Assembly: GCA_002269645.1 (NCBI GenBank)
Contig: NIVC01001329.1
Span: forward strand, 62,001 to 126,000
From: Macrostomum lignano
Lineage: Eukaryota
DNA length: 64,000 nucleotides
Direction: 5' to 3'
Within the stretch, counting starts at the first letter, position 1, and each line of letters starts with the position of its first letter. Made by a program: the position numbers and the translations under genes. Shown here piece by piece: positions 58,529 through 64,000 of this stretch. The notes beneath the pieces are model-generated. The model was not told the origin of the DNA and ran no database searches. It saw nothing but the letters and a program-made list of their open reading frames with translations.

Positions 58529-61500
58529 ATGGCTGCTGAACCATCTCAAGCCCTGCCAACTGTTGAGCTTCACGATCAGCAGCAGCAGCAGCTCCGCCAG
58601 AGGCAGTCTGAGCCGCAGCTTCTGCAGGTCCCGCAGGGTGACAGAGCCAGTCGTCACCGAAAGCGACATTCCGAGTTCAACTTGGCCGGTTTGACAGGCG
58701 AAGAGCTCGAATCTGTTGAAGACGAATCCGAGTCGGTCAGCTGCCACCTGGCCGATGGTCACGAGCACCTGGATCACGTGATGGCTGACGCTGACATACC
58801 GATGAGCGTAGAGCAGCTGGCGCAGTGCCTGCTGACCGATGGGCCCTGGTTTCGCGACTTCCTCCAACGTCGCCGCACCTTCGGCATCGAGGCCAGCGAT
58901 TTTGAAGACGAAAACGGAATCAACATTGGAGGCGCCAGTCGGGCGCGTCGGCCAGGTGATCGACGGGACGTGCGCTACTGGCTGCGCATCAACTACGCCA
59001 TCGGGCCGAAGCAGACGCTGGTTGAAGAGACTCAGACTTACGTGTGAGATTGGCTTGGCTCAGCAACTGGGGATCTGGGAGGGTGGTTCAGCAACTGAGG
59101 ATCTGGGAGGGTGTGGTGGCATGAGACAATCGGATGCTTTCTTAGAGAAAGGGCAAAATAACCTAGACTAACAGCATGGCTTAGAGTAATATCCCGTCAA
59201 TATCCCGCCAACCACTCAGTTGGTGCAAACCAGGCAAACTACACGTGGTGGACTGCGAGGTGCACAACCGGGACATACCCTACGGCACGTCTTTCCACAC
59301 CCTCAACCGGATGTGCCTGACCTGCCGCGGGCCTGGCCGCAGCCACCTGACCATCACGTCGCGCACTGTGTTCACCAGGGCTGTGTTCCTGGCTAAGAGC
59401 TTCATCGAGTCCAACGTGCGCGAAGGCAGTCAGGTGAGGCCGGTTCAAATGATCGAATTGATTCTTGCTTGAATTGCCCGATTTTCATTTACAAGAGACC
59501 CATCAATAAAGTGCATGGTACATGACGAGAAGAATTTCTTGACAATTTTACCTTGAACCACAGTGCCTTAAGTACAACAGTTTCTCTACTTTCAGTTCAG
59601 TAGCAAGGAAGAATGTTTAGGCTATTTTATTTTATGTAAAAGAATATAGTTAGCGTAACTCTTCAGGCGTAAAACAACTCGCTATCGGTGCAGCCGTAAT
59701 TTGCCATTAGCCAGTGCCACTAGAAATATACATTGGCTTGGCAGGCGGCTCTAGACGTGAAGACTGGCCGGCGGGGCGGGGGTAAGAGTTTTTGAGAAGT
59801 TAGACGTAGCTGGAGGGGTTCAGATAGAAGAACGGGTAAGAGGTTCAATGAACTTAGCTTATACAATGTACTAGTCCTCCTAGCTGGGAGGAAGGCAATA
59901 AAAATTGGGGGTGCGCGGTAGGGTAGAGATTTTGTGCGAAAAGACGCGAACGGAGGGAGGGGTTCAACTGGCGGTGAGCGGGCCAGTAGGCGAGCCTATA
60001 GCTATATACTGTACATAACAAGGCAGTATGACAAGGCACCGAGGAAAGCAATAAAAATGTGCGGCGGGGCGGGGGTAGAGTTTTTGAGAAGTTAGACGCA
60101 GCCCGAGGGGTTCAGATAGAAGAACGGGTAGGAGGTTCAATGAACTTTGCTTATATAATGTACTAGTCCTCCTAGCTTTAGGCTGGGAGGAAGGCAATAA
60201 AAATTGGGGGTGCGCGGTAGGGTAGAGATTTTGTGCAAAAAGACGCGAACGGAGGGAGGGGTTCAACTAGCGGTGAGCGGGCCAATAAGCGAGCCTATAG
60301 CTATATACTGTACATAACAAGGCACCGAGGAAAGCAATAAAAATGGGCGGCGGGGCGGGGGGTGCGACAATATGCAGTCGGAGGGGTTCAGCTGCTGAGG
60401 GGTGGCAGTGATTGGGCCAATAAACCAGTATTGTCCTAAATTAAATTAAACTGGTTAACTTTCTACTGAACTGAAAGTGGCTTACACGCAAATGTACAGC
60501 CCAACTACTCCTAGTTGGGGGACAGAGCAGCTGGTGAGAGCGCCACGATCTCTGATTCGATTCCGTTTACGGTCATATTTTTATTTTGGATTGGACCTTG
60601 TGCACGAAAATAGGTTTTGATTATTACTATTAGCCCATCTAGTTATTATAGATATCTGACCCCGCAGACCTACTTCCGCCTCATGGTGGACACTCTGCTG
60701 GATCCCAATGCTGGCAAGACGCCAATTAACGACGAAGGCGGCGCCTCGGCCGCGGCTTCGCGACCTCCGTCTGGCTCGTCAACCCCTGCAACAGCAGCTG
60801 CCGCAGGGGCGGCGGCGGCGGCGGCGTCGTCGGCTCCTTCGGTGTCATCTTCAACGCCGATGTCGCGCAGCGCGGCAGCCCAGCGTCAGCAGGACGGCAC
60901 CGGCAGGCCCCGACCGTCGACTAATTCAACAACTGTCGCCAACGCCGCCGCCACCTCGGCCGCGACTGCGATGGCGGGCCGTCGAGTGTCCCGATCGCGT
61001 AGCGGCGTCCGCAGCAGCAAAGACGGTGGGCAGAGGCTGCTGGTTCTGTGCCTGCTGCTGGCGTGAGTGCTTCACGAATCATTGCGCTGTTGTTTTCGTC
61101 TTGGGTTCCATTGAGAGTTATTGGTTCCAGTAATCGGTTCCGTTCTATCTGGAAATAATCGACACCAGCTTTAGTTTTTCACTAAAAGTCCAGTTACAGT
61201 TTTCTTGTTTAATTTTTTTTTAATTTTGGTTTTCCTTCAAATTAATCCCAACGTCCAGCAGTGTCCTGATGTTCTGCTGTCTGGTCAGCTTGCACCTGCG
61301 CTTCCAGTCTCTGGACAGCTCGCTGGATCGATTGAGTTCCAGCGAATTCAGGTGAGATTAACTGTATAGGGCAGATGTTAGATTTCAAGAATTTCAGTTT
61401 GTCTACCGATATGTATCGAAAACAGCGATCGAAGTAAACTGGCCGATATGTATTGAAAACAAATAACCGAAGTTAAGTGGCCGATCGCGATATGTATCGA

Positions 61501-61833
61501 AAATAAGAATAACCTAAGTTAACTGGCCGATATGTATCGAAAACATTAATAACGAAGTTAACTGGCCGATATGTATCGAAAACATTAATAACCAAACGCT
61601 TCAGTCGGTCTGCCTGCGCTCCGGCTGGTGACGCCAGCCGAACTGGCGCCGCTTTCACACGCGAGCAGCTGGACATCTGGCGTCGCGCTCTCGACGAGAC
61701 TCTGGGCAGCCTGGACGGCCTGCTGTTCGAACTGCGCCGGGTGGCCACTGCGGAGGCCACCGCCGCTGCCGCCGCCTCCTCCAGCATCCCGGCCGGACGT
61801 CCGGTCTGTGACAGACCGCCTCCGCCTCCCTGA
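58529..61833 (+). CDS. GRAMD1: GRAMD1/Aster-like sterol-transfer protein: VASt domain, TM helix, C-terminal coiled coil; no GRAM domain found; 5 exons, ~480 aa
   Basis: Exons 58529-59043, 59220-59433, 60668-61062, 61262 (or 61259)-61351, 61605-61833 (1443 nt in frame). VASt motifs IPMSVEQLAQCLLTDGPWFRDFL, INYAIGPKQTLVEETQ, VVDCEVHNRDIPYGTSFHTLNRMCL, KSFIESN, TYFRLM; TM LLVLCLLLAVLMFCCLVSLHL; EQLDIWRRALDETLGSLD. Confidence 0.85.
59769..60360. repeat. Tandem duplication of a ~292-bp unit, GRAMD1 intron 2
   Basis: GCGGCGGGGCGGGGGTA.GAGTTTTTGAGAAGTTAGACG... starts at ~59769 and ~60061, with a third start at ~60349. Confidence 0.9.
61405..61590. repeat. ~39-bp repeat (GGCCGATATGTATCGAAAACATTAATAACGAAGTTAACT), GRAMD1 intron 4
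   Basis: About 5 copies. Confidence 0.87.
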
Positions 61834-62439
61834 CCAATCAGGGACCAATTCTTCCGTCGGAAGTTTTTACTAACTAATGAAATATTTTTTGATTGTTTAC
61901 TTTTTCTTTTTTTCTCGCAGATTTTTCTTCCTATGTTTAAATTTGCCTACTGATTGGTAGTAGAAAGTAGCGATTTTTATAAGACGAAATCTACATTCCA
62001 TTAATTACGTACGCTAGCATTGATTTACTTGCAATCCATCCTTTTGATCCAACTTTTTAATTGTCTACGATTTTTACGGTTGTCATTTTCATCGTTCTGG
62101 CATTTTTACACCTAGATTAATTTTTGATTGAGCTTTCGAGGCAATTCTCAAACCCTATTTCTAATCTTTTAATTCCTATGGGAACTTTTGTGCTCATTAC
62201 GGATATATTTTTAAAATGATGCAATGCCGTAGGAAGGCTTAAAAATATATTATACTTGAAATTTGTCTACCCTGACAACCTAATTTATACAGACAAAGTG
62301 TTTGTCAGTCATGTATTTCTGCCTTTCATTTTATATGCAGTTAGCATGGAAAACATAAGGTAATATCGCGCTGCTTCTGTCGGGCTTCTGCTTCTGTGAG
62401 GCATCGGCTGCTTCTGCCGGTTAAATCATGATGTTGGAG

Positions 62440-62740
62440 ACTGCAGGCTGGGAGATGATCAAAGGGAGACTGCAAGCTAGGAGATGATGGAGAGGAGACT
62501 GCAGGCTGGGAGATGATGAAGGGGAGACTGCAAGCTGGGAGATGATGAAGGGAGGCTGCGAGCTGGGAGATGATGAAGAGGAGACTGCAGGCTGGGAGAT
62601 GATGAAGGGGAGACTGCAAGCTGGGAGATGATGAAGGGAGGCTGCGAGCTGGGAGATGATGGAGAGGAGACTGCAGGCAAGGAGATGATGAAGGGGAGAC
62701 TGCAAGCTGGGATATGATGAAGGAGGGACCGCAGGCCAAG
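62440..62740. repeat. ~26-29-bp minisatellite (CTGCAAGCTGGGAGATGATGAAGGGGAGA) after the sHSP stop
   Basis: Direct reading. Confidence 0.9.
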
Positions 62741-62795
62741 TGATAAAGGATATTAAGATAGACTTAGGGACTCTAGCACGTAGGGGTCCGGCAGC

Positions 62796-63961
62796 TCACA
62801 GATGCAGCACCCGCAGGCGGCGGTACTGATAGCCGGGCCTTCTGGGCGGCAGCGCCACCAGCACCCGACCGTCGCTGCGCAGCCAAGCGGCGGCCGTGCC
62901 GGTGTCGGCATCTGCCGGCAGCCGGTCGAATCGATCGCGAAATCGTCGAGTCGACGCCCTACCGTCGGCCACCAGCTGCCGACAGCCGCTGACGGTCACT
63001 ACGGTTGGCGTCGACGTGACGGTCAGGTCCTGCACGGAGTAGCCGCCGCCGTCAGCCAGAATGAGGTGCACAACCGAGGCAGGCTGCTCCGGCTGGCGGT
63101 GCTGCTCCTCACCAGGATGAGGCGAATGAGGCTGACGTTGATGCGGCCGCTGGTGACTCTGAGCAGCCTGAGATTGAATAGCGTGTAGAATGTAGATCAT
63201 GTGAGCACAGCCTCGTGCGATCGGGCATCTCGTGCTGCTCAAGAGTATCTCACCCTAAGACTAAGAGTATCTCACCCTAAGACTGAGAGTACCTCATCCT
63301 AAGACTGCAGAGAGTATCTCACCCAAAGACTGAGTATTTTCAAAATTCTCTCAAACTCGCCAACTCACCGCTGCCGTCCTTGCGGTGCCCGTCGCCGGCA
63401 CCTCCAGTCGCAGACGGCCGTCGGCCAGCAGGCTGGCTCGGACGCCGCCTCCGCCGCTGGCTGCCGCAAAGGAGGCGACGCTACTCGCCCCAGCGGGCAG
63501 TTCCAGCCTGCGTTCGAACGCCATCCGACGCGGCGGCGCCGCCCGACCGACCACGCGGATGGCCAGCCGTCCCGGGCCTCCATCGCCGCTCTGGTAGCCG
63601 AAGGCGGCCTCGGGAGACACGACCAGCTCGCCGGGCGCGTAGCCGTGTGCGTTCAGGTGGGCGACGAAAACCCGCCTGGTGGCGTCCAGTCGCCATTCGC
63701 CTTCGGCCGCTTCGCCGTTGACGTCTAAATCGTCGACATAGCCGTTGCCGGTGCCGACGGCGGAGGAGGGGAAGAACTGGTCGGCCTCTGTGCGGACCCG
63801 CCGGTTCAGCTGGTCGAGCTCCTGCGAAGCCTGCGATGTCGGCGATGTCGGCGACGCCTGAGAAGACGCTGCTGAAAGCCGGCGCTGCCGCTGCGACTGA
63901 CTACGGCGAGGACCGACGTCGCCATCGCCGGCAAAGCGTACGCCGAAACGGCGGCGACGGT
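62796..63961 (-). CDS. Small heat-shock protein with two alpha-crystallin-like domains (flatworm p40/Tsp36-like); 5' end beyond window
   Basis: Exons 63961-63369 and 63167-62796, phases consistent. Domain 1: LNAHGYAPGELVV...FERRLELP...VRASLLADGRLRLEVP. Domain 2: GGGYSVQDLTV...FRDRFDRLP...AWLRSDGRVLVALP. Confidence 0.78.
63240..63335. repeat. 22-bp repeat (GAGTATCTCACCCTAAGACTAA), sHSP intron
   Basis: About 4 copies. Confidence 0.85.
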
Positions 63962-64000
63962 CTGCGAGTTGGCAAAAAATGTCTGTCTGTCTGTCTGTCT

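Noticed and set aside
60518-60590. tRNA- or SINE-like stretch (GGGGACAGAGCAGCTGGTGAGAGCG...GATTCGATTCCG)
   Set aside because: Weak A/B-box resemblance only; I cannot fold a cloverleaf or identify an anticodon. tRNAscan-SE would settle it.
4-63242. Many long ORFs made of repeated peptides ([56 protein letters not shown] and others)
   Set aside because: They are stop-free translations of intronic or intergenic tandem repeats. Real exons splice around them with consistent phase.

Overview
Eukaryotic (metazoan) genomic DNA: GC-rich spliced exons, AT-rich intergenic DNA, and introns and spacers filled with locus-specific minisatellites. By inference it is a flatworm genome (Macrostomum-like), from the two-domain p40-type small HSP and the repeat-filled introns. 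I reconstructed nine protein-coding genes by hand, with phase-consistent GT-AG junctions for the spliced ones. Minus strand: NPC1 (3' end runs off the window), a PhzF/PBLD epimerase, an EML/EMAP microtubule protein, KIN17 and FIS1. After a ~12 kb transposon-rich gap, plus strand: SPTSS, an orphan 398-aa ORF and a GRAM-less GRAMD1/Aster-like protein. A double alpha-crystallin small HSP on the minus strand runs off the right end. NPC1 and PBLD each lack one G in a GGGG run, most likely assembly indels. Mobile DNA includes two mariner elements, several MITEs with clear target-site duplications (one set nested three deep), and a solo LTR inside a minisatellite. Highlights: an array of ~17 perfect GTCACGTGAC (CLEAR/USF-type E-box) palindromes upstream of EML; co-oriented gene runs with splice acceptors just before the ATGs (possible SL trans-splicing or operons); a furin-site/mucin-like insertion in the NPC1 N-terminal domain; a VASt protein lacking GRAM. 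No CRISPR, rRNA or convincing tRNA genes.
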